DNA from: Chrysomallon squamiferum
Taxonomy: Eukaryota > Animalia > Mollusca
DNA length: 64,000 bases
Reading direction: 5' to 3'
Assembly: GCA_012295275.1 (NCBI GenBank)
Contig: CM022667.1
Span: forward strand, 12,648,001-12,712,000
Below, in pieces: positions 24,861 through 64,000 of the stretch. Position 1 is the stretch's first letter. Each line of letters begins with the position of its first letter. Position numbers and translations under genes: made by a program. Under the pieces are notes generated by a model that made no database searches, had not been told where the DNA came from, and saw only the letters and a list, made by a program, of their open reading frames with translations.

Positions 24861-27800
24861 AACAACAAGGTACGGATTCAACAGTCACCACATTTTAATA
24901 CTTTTTACATTAAGAGAAAAATTTGGCTCCTTTTTTTTTAAAACTGCATTTTAAACGTTTAAAGGGAATTTAGAACTAAAATACAACATACAAGGGATTT
25001 ATCAAGAAAAGATGTGTGTTTGAGTAAAAACAGACATTTCAACTGAATGCACAGTGCACCTAAACTAACATCAAAGTATACTTTGTAATTCAAATGTTTA
25101 ATATTTTACATTTTTATAAAATGGCATATTCATACATGACACATTATTAAAATAACATCAGTTAAGTATGTTACACATATACAGTACAAACTAATAAAAG
25201 TATGTTAATATTTTTCATACATTCACAGATACATTAATAACTGACACAAAATTATGTACATACATATGTTAAAAAAGTACATTAATATGTTCATTCATGC
25301 AAGCATTCATATACATATACAATACATTAATATTAGTATATTAATATTTATTTACATATGGCAAACAAATAAATGACAATGTGTAGATACACAGACAGAC
25401 ATACAATTTTGGAAATCTTTAAAAAATGACAGAATAATTAAAAAAAATATATATTTAAAGAAATTAAAAAAAAAGAATAAAAAGAAAACAATGGCAGCAG
25501 TTGATGGGATAGTGGGTTATGTCCCCTGCTTATTAACATATTTACATGGAGTCTTTAATATAAAAATGCTAAAATTTTATTTTTTAAAGATTTTATTTTT
25601 ATTTTGCTTCATTTTAAATGCTGCCCAAGAGATTAACATTTATTACAGAAGAAAAACACATCTCTCCGTTAACCTGTTAGAAATAGCTGGGTTTAAAATA
25701 AGCTGAAAACTTAGTAAATGAATTAAGCTACATACACACACAAACGTACCCATACACATATACACATACACACAAAATTGAATCTTTGATAATCAAATTA
25801 CTAGGTCAACACCAAAGTGACTGTTAGGGGCTGTGTTTGAGAATCAGTTCAGATTCCTAACCAGAACAATAATATATATAATATGACTTGTGTTCTCTTC
25901 TCTCTAAAACAAACACGCTAACAGTCAGGGGCAGACAATTCTTGGTTTCTAAGAGAGGCCTCTTAAACTTTTATCTGATTATTTTAAAAAAAGTAAGTAT
26001 AAATACTTAAGAGGCATAGTATACATTGATACAATACTGTACTGTGCAGTTATGAATTTGTAGCAGTGCAATAAGTAAAGTATACATTGATACAGTTCTG
26101 CACTGTGCAGTTATTCTAAGTTCACTGATTGTGAGTTCAGGATAGGTATGTCTGTGAATGTAAGTACTGTATGTACATGTGTATGCTTGACATGTGAAAT
26201 GCTTCTAGTATTTTAGTTTTAATACATCAGTTCATTTGATTAATGCTGCAGTTATTATTAATGTATCATTAGTACTACTACTACTATATTTACTATTATT
26301 ATTGTTATTACATGCATTATACTACTGTTATTACTATTATTTTATTTATCATTATAACCACTGGTGCTATCACTATCATTATCATTATTTTTATTATTAA
26401 AAATATCATTATTATGTTATTATTATCATCATTATCAACTTTTATTTTGTAATTTATCTTTAAAAAAGCTTTGAAATTGTCAAGGATTTTACTTAATATA
26501 ATGTTTTATCACTGTTATTCTGCTTTTAAATACAATTTACCTGCTCAAACTGAATCTATTTATAAAAAAAAAACTAAAAATTTAAAAAAAACACAGAAAA
26601 AATAAAAGAATCTTCAAAAACTGTTTATTAAATTTTGATACTTATGTTATAATTATTTCTATTTAGCAATTAATTTCATCCTTTATTTAAATTTACCGAT
26701 TTATTTATTCACTATTTATTTTATTTTTTATTATCTTACACTTTTGTCTGTCTGCCTGTCTCTCTGTTTGTGTTTGTATCAATACAATATTACAGCAAGT
26801 CTGTGAATAACAATATTCATTGGATTTTATTCAAACATCTTTATTCATTCACTTAATTGTTATTTTTTCCATCCACAGTTATTTCTCATGAATAGGAAAA
26901 CAAGAAAATATTCCCTGATATACATTAACATACCCTGAATTAAAACCAATCTCCCTGATTATCAGTATTACTATTATTATTATTTATCTTTTAATCTCCA
27001 AATTCCACCAGTGAGCAATATTTAGGTGACATTCATAAAGTATTTATGCACAAAATCTGAAATATTTCAAGATCCCAACCCCAAACACAACTGACTGAAA
27101 TTTTGTTTTAACCCAAGATCAGAGCATAAAGCTACAATGAACCTGAAATAACAACATTATGGCATTTTTTCTTTCTTTTTTTTTTTTCCATTTATATATA
27201 TATATATATCAGTGCATGACACAGTTCTCGTTACACATAAATAAAACAAAAATGTGAAGAAATTACTTATTTAACAACACACTTGAGTATTTTATATCTA
27301 CCGGTACACAGCATCACACAGTTTGTAAAAGAATACACCAAGCTATTTTTTTCTTTTAGGAGATGCTAATCAAAAAAAAAAAAAAGGAAAGCAAAGGGTT
27401 TTCTCTCTTTTTAAGAATATAATCCTTAACCATATATATGTTGCTCTTTAAATATAGATTCAGAATGTGTGTTGTTAAATTAAAACATTTTTTTTTTTTT
27501 TGCTTCTTTTCCCTGCAATGTTCAAAATACCTCTCCCCCTCATTTTATATACAATAAGCTAAACCATCCCTTTCCCAAAAAACTTTATGAATGTTTTCTT
27601 TTTTAATGTAAGTAGTAGACAAATGATATATATATATATAATTTTTTTTTTTTTTTAAATTTTAAAACACTTCAGTCATATGGAATGGTAAAAACTGTGC
27701 AAATCACAAACAAAATTATCAGTGTGACTATCTGATCTATGTGACAAAAAAAAAATAAAGTCTGTAAAAAAAAAAACTGATGTAAACTAAAAAAAAAAAA

Positions 27801-27969
27801 TAATAATAAAAATAAAATAAAATTCTATTTACAATGAACACCTGATTTGTATTACAGTATGTGAGCACCAGAACCAACTCAAATATACTCATCAACAAAA
27901 GAAACATGGATCACAATATTATTATTATTATCATTATTATTATTATTATTATACAAAGAAAGAAAATAA

Positions 27970-29760
27970 ATTTGTGATCCTCTGTACTAAAATGCAACTG
28001 AAATGCACATCTAAAATTTAAACTTGGAAAATAAAAAGTCTAATTAAAAAAGGACTATTGTGAAATATACTGAAAGCCAAAAGAAATGCAGCTCAAAAAC
28101 AAAGTAATAAACTAAATACTTGGTCTGTTCAGACAATATTGGATTTATTATGAAATAAACTCCAAACCTGGAGAATTCTGGCTCTCATGTGAAAAGAAAA
28201 AACAAACATTCTAAGGTACAGAAAATGGCAGTTAATTTAAAGTGAAGTATTTTCAGAAACAACAGAAATACATTAATTGTTTAATAAACATAAGACTATA
28301 AACATATTTAATTATAATGAAGTATTTTTAATACCCAAGACAGACTGCTTAAAGAAAACAAAGGCAGTAAATAATTAAATATATGGCCTGACAAAAATAT
28401 ATTTTTAATTTATGATATATGATACTTGAGACCAAGAGAAATGGAATTTACAAACTTATATGATGATAATTGAATAAATGGAAAAATAATGTTTAACTAC
28501 TTTTTAAAATTGAGTTATTTCCAAAATGGCTTATACAACAAAATAAATGGCATTCGAAAAAAAAATGAAAAAAACAACCCCACAAAACCACAAAATTTAG
28601 GGGTATCAGTATACCCAAGTCCATCAGAAATTCAAATGACACGTAAAATAATAAAACTAATAAACACAAGTATATAATATAATAATAAATGATAACATAG
28701 TATACTGAAAGCCATTAGAAAAACAAAAGAAGATAATGTATTGTAATCCAAAACTGTAAATTTACAGAATATACTGAAAGCCAAAACAAATGCCGACTAC
28801 TAATACATGCTAAAATGAAATAAAATACAAAAAATTAAATTAAAAAACCCACATTAATAAATAAATAAATAAAAAATAATAATTTTTAGTATTGTAACAT
28901 ACATACCAGTCTGTCAGAGATAAAATTCTAATGTTATTAAACATGATAAATGAAACAGATAATCTAAGAAAATGGAATAAAATTTATAAAAATACATATT
29001 TCTAACCAGAGGAAATTCAGCTAAAAATAAAAGTTAAATTCAGTCTATATCATACCTGTGCAGTATTTAACAAACTAGTTTCCAAAAAAAAAAAAAGATA
29101 ATAATAATAAAATAAAATAAAATAAAATAAAATAAAATAAAAACATCATAATTAATAAATAAATAACTTAAAAATTAATGTATACTCCAAAGCAAAAAAA
29201 TCAAAAATAAATATGTAACAAAAAACTAAAAAATTTAAATAATAATAATTAATTAATTTACTAGTATTGCAAAAGATGTCTCAAAGCCAACAGAAATACA
29301 GCATTTATTAACTTATGATAAAATATATTCAAAGCCAAATGAAATAAGCCAAAAAACATTAAAATAATATTTAGCTTTTTAGTCACACGTATTTTAAGCC
29401 AACACAAACACACCTTAAACCAAATGAATGACAACAAAAAATAATGTTAAGGTTTCAATTATTATATTTTTATTTATTTTATTTTTTAACTACATTCTTC
29501 AAGAGAACAGAAATATAGCTTTATGATGAAATATACTCAGAACTACATAAATTGCACTTAAAGAAAAGTTAAGAATTAAATAATTAGCTTAATAGTATAA
29601 AGAAAATAAATTCAAAGCTTTATATTATACTCCTTGACAAAAGAAATACAACTGAATTTTGTTTTTAATTAATGTGAAACATACTTCCAGCTACCAACAA
29701 TTTAATGATAAACTGCATTTAATTTAGTCAGAGCCAAAAGAGACACACCATAAATGGTAT
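27970..29760. repeat. Highly decayed local repeat (core aaatatactgaaagccaaaagaaatrcagc)
   Basis: Core recurs at about 28063, 28701, 28770, 29181, 29281, 29321, 29390, 29630 and 29730 with irregular spacing. Confidence 0.55.
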
Positions 29761-30794
29761 AAACTTGAAAAAAGTATATAAAATACATTTAAGGTGAAGG
29801 TGATGAGATGTGAATATAACCCCGAATATATGTGATGTAATAGTTTCTTTAAACTCTTGAAGTAGTTTAATAATTTAACAGAATATTTTATTTCAGTAGT
29901 TTAATCACCATTATAATTACAATAAATGTGCTTGTATGTGTGTGTGATATAAAAACTGATATGTGTTTATATAACTTTAGGTTTAAAAAAATAAATAAAA
30001 ATTAACCTAATTAAAAGTGACAATGAATAAATTAAAATAAAACTCTATGACAATGGTTATTCAAATGAAATAAAATTCAGTATCGTTAAAATAGAAATGT
30101 AATAATGAAATATATTGGTTAAGAAAAACAGAAAACAGACACAGCTGTTCATAACAATGGTATTTACACTGTAACAATGCATTTGGCATGTCAGATTTTT
30201 AGAATGACTGACAGACAGACAGACAGACAGTCAGGCAGTTAGGATGGGAAAAAAAAAAAAATTGGCTAAATTATATGTATTATGTGGGTATGTTATTAAT
30301 GTGATTTTTTTTCTATTATTATTCTTGTTGTTGTTGTTGTTGTTGCTGCTGTTGTTCAAAATATCAATTCAATTAGCTATATCATTAATACAATAAAAAA
30401 AAAATATTAAAAATTAAAAATAAAAATAAATTAATATAAGTTTTTTGTATTAAGTATTAAATTTTGTTTTATTATATATATATTTTATAAATAAATCTGT
30501 TAAATTTTGTTTTATATATATATATATACTGTAATATTAAATCTAGTGCATGTCATTTCAGATTATTAAACATGTTCCAATACCTTATTAGAATTAATAT
30601 GAAAGTGTGGGTTTTATTTGAAATAATATTAAACAAGCCCACACATTTGTTAACATACAATGAGATCCTGGCTTTTTATATACTGAAATTTTAAATATAA
30701 TCACAAGACAGGAACACACATAGCAACAGAAATCTTAATTTAAGAATTCTTCAAATAAAACATCTGACTGTCTTCATCTGTATGCAGCTTTCCA

Positions 30795-31230
30795 GTTACT
30801 CAGTCTTTAGTGCCGTTTTTTTTTAAAAATAATATCACTCAGTCTTTACGGACTTGTATTAAAGTATCACACAGCTTTTCAAAGCTTTCATTACAGTTTT
30901 ACTAGTGCTGACTTTCATTCCATGTACGTTTTCAGTCTTTAGACTATACTAAACTCAGACTTTGATTATATCATTAAAATGTTTCTCAGCCTTCAGTGAT
31001 TTTCATTACAACGTTACTCAGCCTTTAATGACTTTCATTACAATACTCAGTTTTTAGTGACTTTCACTAAAAAAATAAAAAATAAAAATTAACTCAGTCT
31101 TTAGTGATGTACATGCGATATTACTCAATCTTTAATGACTTTCATGTGATATTACACAGTCTTTAGTGACTTTAACTGTGATATTACTCAGTCTTTAGTG
31201 ATCACCTTTCTAGCATTACTCAGACTTTAC
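30795..31230. repeat. Degenerate ~30 bp minisatellite (ttactcagtctttagtgactttca..)
   Basis: About a dozen diverged copies by eye, downstream of the PHAF1 stop. Confidence 0.8.
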
Positions 31231-32028
31231 CCATTCTTTCATGGTTTTTCCTATACCACACACAAATCATAATGTTTGTTTCTGTGCAGCTTTCCTCACT
31301 TTTACACAAATTATCACAGCTTCCAAACAGTGCAGTTTTGTTATTTGTTCATGGACATCTATATTCTGCAGTTCATTCGTACAATTAGCTTAAAATATTA
31401 GATCCTAGACAGCATATTTTATTTCAGACATAATTGTTCCAATAGTAAACGAAGACACATCTGACAGTAAGACATATTTCTGATTTTAGACAGACGACGT
31501 CTGATGCTCGGTAAGGATATTTCTGAATCAGACAGGATATCTCTAAATCTAAGGATCCTTTTTATGTGAATCAAGATAGTCGTACAGTTCCAGTGTTTTT
31601 TAGAAAATATATCTGAGATGTTAGACAGAAATTCTTATACACAAAAAGACAGGATATTTCTGATTTCAGTCAGGGACACTTCCTTCTCTTTGAAGAGATC
31701 ATGATTCCAGGACTTTGAGGAAATATACTTTGACTTCATAACATTACAACATTTTTCAGTTTATGTTATCTTGGAAATGTGATATTCAGACAAGAAGTGT
31801 TAAGGTTGTTGTTGTTTTTTTGTTGTTTTTTTACATCAGGATAAAATGATTTTTAAAAACCAAAACTTTCACAGTTTGTTTTAAAACAGGATACTCTGGA
31901 TTTCTTCAAGGATACCTCCTGTCTGCTGTCTCCTGATAAGAGTGGCTTGTAGTGTGGTCCATTGTTCAGGGATAATAACATTACAAAACATCAGAATGTT
32001 TGAAATATTTGTTAGTTAATGTTAAGTA

Positions 32029-58084
<26,056 letters not shown>

Positions 58085-58194
58085 CGTTATTTAATATTCG
58101 TATATATCTTTGGCAATCATTTGAGTAAAACTGGACAAAGGGTGTCCGAGTATGTTGACATTTTCCTCAGTGTTTACATTCAATTCCAACAATT

Positions 58195-58270
58195 TGACGC
58201 CATTTCTGTTGTGATGCCCTAATCATGTGCGCATAAAACTAGTTCCGGTTTCTGGAAAAGCGTCGTCTGC
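58195..58270 (-). promoter_or_regulatory. PHAF1 core promoter region (YY1-like AAATGGCGTC, ETS-like CCGGAA)
   Basis: gacgccattt 58196-58205 and ttccgg 58243-58248; local CpG retention; perfect CRE TGACGTCA further upstream at 58682-58689. Confidence 0.45.
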
Positions 58271-58827
58271 TCTCGTTGAAAAACACGTTTGATAATGGAT
58301 GTTTATCGTTGATGACATAAGACTAGCTTTAGCATATTGATTAGTTGTTGATTGGATAATATATTTAGAATCTTATTTTCAATGGGTATATCATCATCTT
58401 TAAAAAAAAAGAAAAGAAAAAAAAAAGGAATGTGGACAAGGTATTGTTTTAAGCTGTTTAATTATTTATCATTTTATACAACAAGGAATGTATCAATGTT
58501 TATAATATTCATATATTCAGTGAATGATTCACCAAAGAAAAAACACAAAAACATACATATAAAAAAAAGAAGAAGAAAGAAAGAAAGAATGACAGAAAGA
58601 AAGCCAGCATACTAAAATGTCAGCTAAAAATCAACTAAAAGATGAACTTTTATCTAAGTGTTTTATCATAAAATTTATGACTGACGTCATCGCACCTGCT
58701 ACCTGTACGATTACCCATAGTTATTTCTTTAGTGCATCTTGTAGTTTGGCTTTAGATGTGGCTATGGTACTGCTATTGGTCCATTTCGATTACTATATTT
58801 ATCTTATCTAGCCCTGTCTTGTATATA

Positions 58828-58868
<41 letters not shown>

Positions 58869-59038
58869 TTATTTCTTATTTTTATTTATTTTTATTTTAT
58901 CTAGTCCTGCCTTGTATTTTTTTTTTTTTTTTTTTTTTTTCTTTTTGGTTTGTTTGTTTTGTTTTAACCCAAATCAAGTTACATTGTCAGAAGCATGAGT
59001 CAGTTCTCGTTTTCAGTTTCTGTTTCTTTTCAGATATG

Positions 59039-59142
<104 letters not shown>

Positions 59143-59528
59143 CCAAATAATGTTTAGTATTTCAACAAAAATACTTCCAAGACTGAGTCAAACGTGTGTT
59201 TTTTTGGGGGGGTTGTTTTTGTTTTTCATATATATATGTATATACACACACACAAACAAACAAACAAAAACTCACATTTATTCATTTATTTCATTAATCA
59301 TTTAGTTTCTGATTGTTTGATTGTTGTTGTTTTTGTTTGTTGTTTTTTTTGATGGCGGTTTTTTTTTTTTTTTTTTCAACGGACGTAGTTACGAACTGCG
59401 GCCCGGTTATACACCACTAAAAAATTAATGTAAATTTTGTTATCGATGCAGTCGCGAAGTTTTTATATATAAATATATAAAAACGATATATATATATATT
59501 TATCTGGAAATATAATATTTTATCAACC

Positions 59529-59570
<42 letters not shown>

Positions 59571-59663
59571 TCCTTGTTAAAGAATCTTTATGAAAAAAGA
59601 ACCTGATCCCTAAAGATCTACCGATCCTATTAACAAATTTTAAAAATAGGTAATTTTCATAAT

Positions 59664-59710
<47 letters not shown>

Positions 59711-59711
<1 letters not shown>

Positions 59712-59937
59712 ATGGCCGTAACTAGACTCTTTTTGAAATGAGGCAAAGCCACTTAATCAACTGGGGGAGTGGTCTTCGACTTGAAAGACGCAAAATCCTT
59801 AATTCGCGCCATTTATATTTTATATTTTTTAAATAAAATCTTTGTATAAAAAAATTAAAAACTTAGAAAATAAAAAAATAAAATATAAATCGTTAATTTC
59901 AGTATGAGGCATTTTCCTCAATGTAGTTACGGCCATG
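59711..59937. mobile_element. MITE-like element, 227 bp, 14 bp perfect terminal inverted repeats
   Basis: CATGGCCGTAACTA (59711-59724) and TAGTTACGGCCATG (59924-59937); non-coding AT-rich interior; abuts a (TG)n run. Confidence 0.7.
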
Positions 59938-61525
59938 TATATGTCTGTGTACACACAAAAAAGAAAATTATTATTATTATTATTATAGACACGCACTTTG
60001 TAAGGCTTAAAAAATAAAATAAATTTAGTAATCTAAATGGACCAATCGCAGTACGATATACATATATCTATATAATTTTTTTAATTTAAAAATGAAATCG
60101 GGAAAATAAGATTAAGTGTTTTTTCCTGAAGCCTGGCATTATTTTTATTTATTTATTTTTATTTTTATTTGTATTTTTATTTTTTTGAAATTCCACCCAC
60201 AAGAGCCCAGATGGATTTATATCACTCCGCAATATTAAGAAATAAATTAAAAAAACAACAACAACATCGCTCTAATACTAAGGAATGGTTGTAAAGAATA
60301 TAAATAAATAATACTATTTTTTCAGAATTAATTTAATATTCGTAAAAATAAATTTGTTTTACAGCGGTGTCAATTCCATTGGGGACGTTGTACCCAAGAG
60401 AACAAAATAACTAATAATGCCAGAGCTCAGAATTTATAAAATCCTATGATGTTTACCTTTTTTAATTTATTAAAAATACGAGTTTATTAGCATTTGACGT
60501 CGTTGAATATAAACGTAGTTCAACCGACATTTTTCTACGTTTTCCTTTAAATTCTGATTGGCCAGTTTTTAGGATTTTATTCGAATTAAAAATGAGGCCA
60601 GTAATATCAACAGGGAACTTTTATTTCTTCCCACTCCCTTTTGACTGAAGTAGTCCAGAAAAACAAATGCGTAATATAAAATAATAATAAATATTCTTCT
60701 ATTTTGTTTTGTTTTTCTTCATTTCTGTTTTAAATTAATGATTTGTGTGGAATATACGTTAACTTTTCATATTACGTTATTTCCATGAAACTCTAATTTG
60801 TAGTTTATAAAAACAGAATAAATAAATGAAACAATGTATACAAAACTGACAGAACCCAGAGACTGATGTTTGGATCGGGCTAATGCTAAAATAGTAACCG
60901 AAATTATAAATGAAAGATATCAAATAACATTTTGAATTAATCTAATTTTAGTAGCTAAAAAAAAAAATGTATTCCTTTATAATTAAGAGAATGAATTAGT
61001 CTTAAATTTTAAATGTTCTCCTTTTTCTCACACATACACCTAAACTTCCTACAAATAAAATAATTATTCCAGGTGTTTACTATATTGAAGCATGTGGAAA
61101 TTATTCACGATTTGCGTCTGTATATGTTACAAAAGGAAAATAAAACAATTAATATCTTAAACTATCACGCCTCGTAATATTTTTCTCCTGTTTATTTCAG
61201 TCTTATAACTATATAATCCTCTAAACACCTACAGAAATTTTATGTGTATGTATGGGAGAAAATAAAAAAAAGTAAAATAGTGACAAAATATTTATTTAAT
61301 AAATACAACATGCCGGCAGAGAATGAAAGAGGAAGAACAGTCTTAAGAAACAAAAAAGTAAAATAATAAAACTATCGACAACAACAACAACAACTACAAA
61401 AATTAAATGAAAACAATGAACAATCCCATCAGAAAAAAACAAAGACTAAGTGTACTTGAAATGATTCTGAAAGCTATCATATCAAATATATAATATTATA
61501 TTTAATAAAACCTTACGTTTATTTC

Positions 61526-61582
<57 letters not shown>

Positions 61583-62329
61583 CAGTAATAGTAGTAGCAG
61601 TTGTTGTTTTCATAATAATTATCGTTTTGTTGTTATTGTTGTTTGCTTGCATTTTGTTTTGGATTTGTTCTCATAAAGATGATTAATATTTACTTGCACT
61701 TAAAAATGTCTGTATTTCTTATTTATGCTGGAAAATGTATTTCCTTTATTTCATTATTTTGCTGAAAAAGAAAATAATGATACACAAACACAACAGTAAA
61801 TAAATTTGTTTATTTTTCTTTCATGTATTTTTAATATTTTGTCTCATTTTTTTTTTTTTTTTTTTTCATTCTGTTTTGACATTTTCACTTCCGTACATAC
61901 AAGCAATTAATTAATAGCCATGTTTATTTCATTACTTTTCTATCAAGCATTTGAATGTTTACCAGACCGCCGCATTTAAGAAACTATTGATTTAAATATA
62001 GCAGGTAAATCAATAACCCGTATAAATGTATTTTTTTGCTGCTAATTTTACTTCCTATTGTACGTGACGATTTTGTTGACAAACCTCCGCCACCGCTGTG
62101 TATGACTTCAACGGTAAATCAGCTGTAGTATTACACAAATCAATAAAGTGTTGTGCTTTCTAGAAACGCCAACTTCATTTTCTAGTAATCCGTATTATCG
62201 AGAAACTAGGACACCTACTGCCTTATACGGATGATGAATAATTAATTACGCTGACCTACACTACCATATAAGGGTTTGTTGTTGAATATTTATAGATATT
62301 TTTAGCATAAGAATGTACGAAGCAGCTAC

Positions 62330-62520
62330 GAAATGTGACGTTTAAGATTCCGATGTCGAAAACTACCTTATAAGGAAATCGGCGAGTTTCGGGAATATTC
62401 GGAGGTCATTTCAGTCATAGCCCTTTAGCCAATCAGAAAACTAGAGCACTGATAGACATGTCACGCTTATTGTTGTGTATTTGATGAATGAACAGAGTAC
62501 GGAAAACATGTTGTCAGTTG
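62330..62520 (+). promoter_or_regulatory. CBFB proximal promoter (NF-Y CCAAT box, Inr-like TCAGTT)
   Basis: agCCAATcag 62427-62436, TCAGTT 62514-62519, CpG-rich context. Confidence 0.5.
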
Positions 62521-62567
62521 TTCCGAACACGTTGTGTAGTAAAGTTAGAGAAAAGTACACACTGAAG

Positions 62568-62645
62568 ATGCCTCGAGTTGTGACGGACCAAAGAGGAAAA
62601 TTCGAAAATGATGAACTATTTAGAAAACTTAGTCGAGAATGTGAG
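62568..62645 (+). CDS. CBFB: CBFB coding exon 1
   Basis: MPRVV...SRECE|gttagc; in-frame upstream ATGs at 62484 and 62508. Confidence 0.93.
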
Positions 62646-63603
62646 GTTAGCAAGTTTTATACTACTTATTACACCCGGAAGAGTTTCGTGTGTTTTACTT
62701 ACAAGTTACAGTTTTTTTACGAAGGCAAAGGAGTTTTTGAATGCTATAGGAAGTAAAGTCTTCGTTTTATTTCTCGACGGATAACGTGTATTGAGGTATG
62801 TTTTGTTTTTGTTTTCAGGTGAGATATACTGGATTCAGAGATAGGCCACAAGAAGAGAGACAGTTAAGATTTCAAACGGAGTGCCGCGAGGGACATGCCG
62901 ATATAGTGAGTGGATACGTTTATACGCACTTAGAAACTTTTTACCGCTCAGCATAGTTCTAGTTTAGTGTGGGCCAAACCCATTTTTGTGATTACTCATT
63001 CGTGACTGATGTACTCGATGTCCTTTTACCCCGGCAAACTGCCATACCGTTTAATACTATTAGTTTAAGTTTTAAAGCCTGATTTGAAACTTTTTATTCA
63101 CGCAATAGGGCATAATAGAGATATACGATAACAGTGGAATTAGTTGTATCTGTGTAATCAATATATTGGTTTTTTTTACTAAAGACGTAAACAAGACATA
63201 AAGAATTATTTAATTTTAAAGAAAAAGAAAAATGTTTGTGTACCAGTTATTTATTCTTTTCTGTATTTTTCTTTATTGTTTATTTATTCGTTATTTTTAT
63301 TTTTATTTTTTTTATTATTTTACGTTTGTTATATTTATTTATTTATTTTGTTGTTGTTGTTGTTAATGTATGTTTGTGTTTGTGGAGGTGTTTTTGTTTT
63401 GTTTTTATTTATTTATTATTATTTTATTATTATTAGTTAAAAATATTTATTACTGTTTTTGTTTTCTTTCTTTCTTTGTTTCCTCTTTTCTGTTTGTTCT
63501 TATTTTATTCCATTTTTTTTTCGCCCTCCGTCCTTTCTTAAAATATATACATTTAGTATTGTTATTAATTTTATACATTTGGTAGTAGTAGTAGTCGTAT
63601 TAA

Positions 63604-63654
<51 letters not shown>

Positions 63655-63847
63655 AAGTAGTAGTAGTAGTAAATACATTTAATGTTATGATTATTACTTC
63701 TATTCAGTAAATACGATACTGTTTTAGGCATTCGTTGGAACGGGTACTAATCTACATCTCAGTTTTACGGCTAACGCCTGGTCGGATAAACCTGAAGATA
63801 GGGTGCCTACACAGGAGTTTGTTAATTTCGATATGGACAGAGGCAAG
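62568..63847 (+). CDS. CBFB: Core-binding factor beta / Big brother homolog, 5' part; exons 62568-62645, 62819-62905, 63728-63847
   Basis: MPRVVTDQRGKFENDELFRKLSRECE-VRYTGFRDRPQEERQLRFQTECREGHADI-AFVGTGTNLHLSF...EFVNFDMDRGK matches the CBF-beta N-terminus (MPRVVPDQRSKFENEEFFRKLSRECE); continues beyond the right edge. Confidence 0.96.
62819..62905 (+). CDS. CBFB: CBFB coding exon 2
   Basis: ttttcag|VRYTGFRDRP...GHADI|gtgagt. Confidence 0.94.
63728..63847 (+). CDS. CBFB: CBFB coding exon 3
   Basis: ttttag|AFVGTGTNL...DMDRGK|gtaagt. Confidence 0.94.
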
Positions 63848-64000
63848 GTAAGTGTTGTTTATTTACTTCTTGTTTCATTGGTAGAACAATAACAAACACG
63901 TCCGAACTTTAAAGAAAGCGGTCTTTAAAATAAGTAAGTTTTAGGCATTCATAGGATTTTTTTGTTTTGTTTGTTCTTGTTCTTCTTCTTCGTATTATTA

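Overview
AT-rich, intron-rich animal genomic DNA. The protein sequences and repeat content suggest a lophotrochozoan invertebrate such as a mollusc (inference only). Four spliced protein-coding genes can be reconstructed by hand from GT-AG junctions and reading-frame phase. (1) The 5' part of anillin on the - strand: ATG 5341, 8 exons, running off the left edge, with one apparent 1-nt frameshift in a G-run at 369-372. (2) A complete AKTIP/FTS UEV-domain gene on the + strand: 11400-18789, 9 core coding exons, 270 aa, plus two candidate in-frame cassette exons. (3) A complete PHAF1/C16orf70 (UPF0183) gene on the - strand: 58084-32029, 14 exons, 420 aa. (4) The first three coding exons of CBFB/Big brother on the + strand from 62568, head-to-head with PHAF1. 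Most entries in the supplied ORF track are microsatellite or intron noise. The best leads are: a possible ancient PHAF1-CBFB regulatory block with CpG-rich, nuclear-receptor-motif-rich islands in the long PHAF1 introns; a PHAF1 intron built from tandem copies of its own 3' splice site; four back-to-back uORFs in front of PHAF1; recursive-splice-like AG|GT exons in anillin and CBFB; variable AKTIP C-terminal splicing; and a candidate spliced lncRNA divergent from AKTIP. No CRISPR array, rRNA or intact tRNA was seen.
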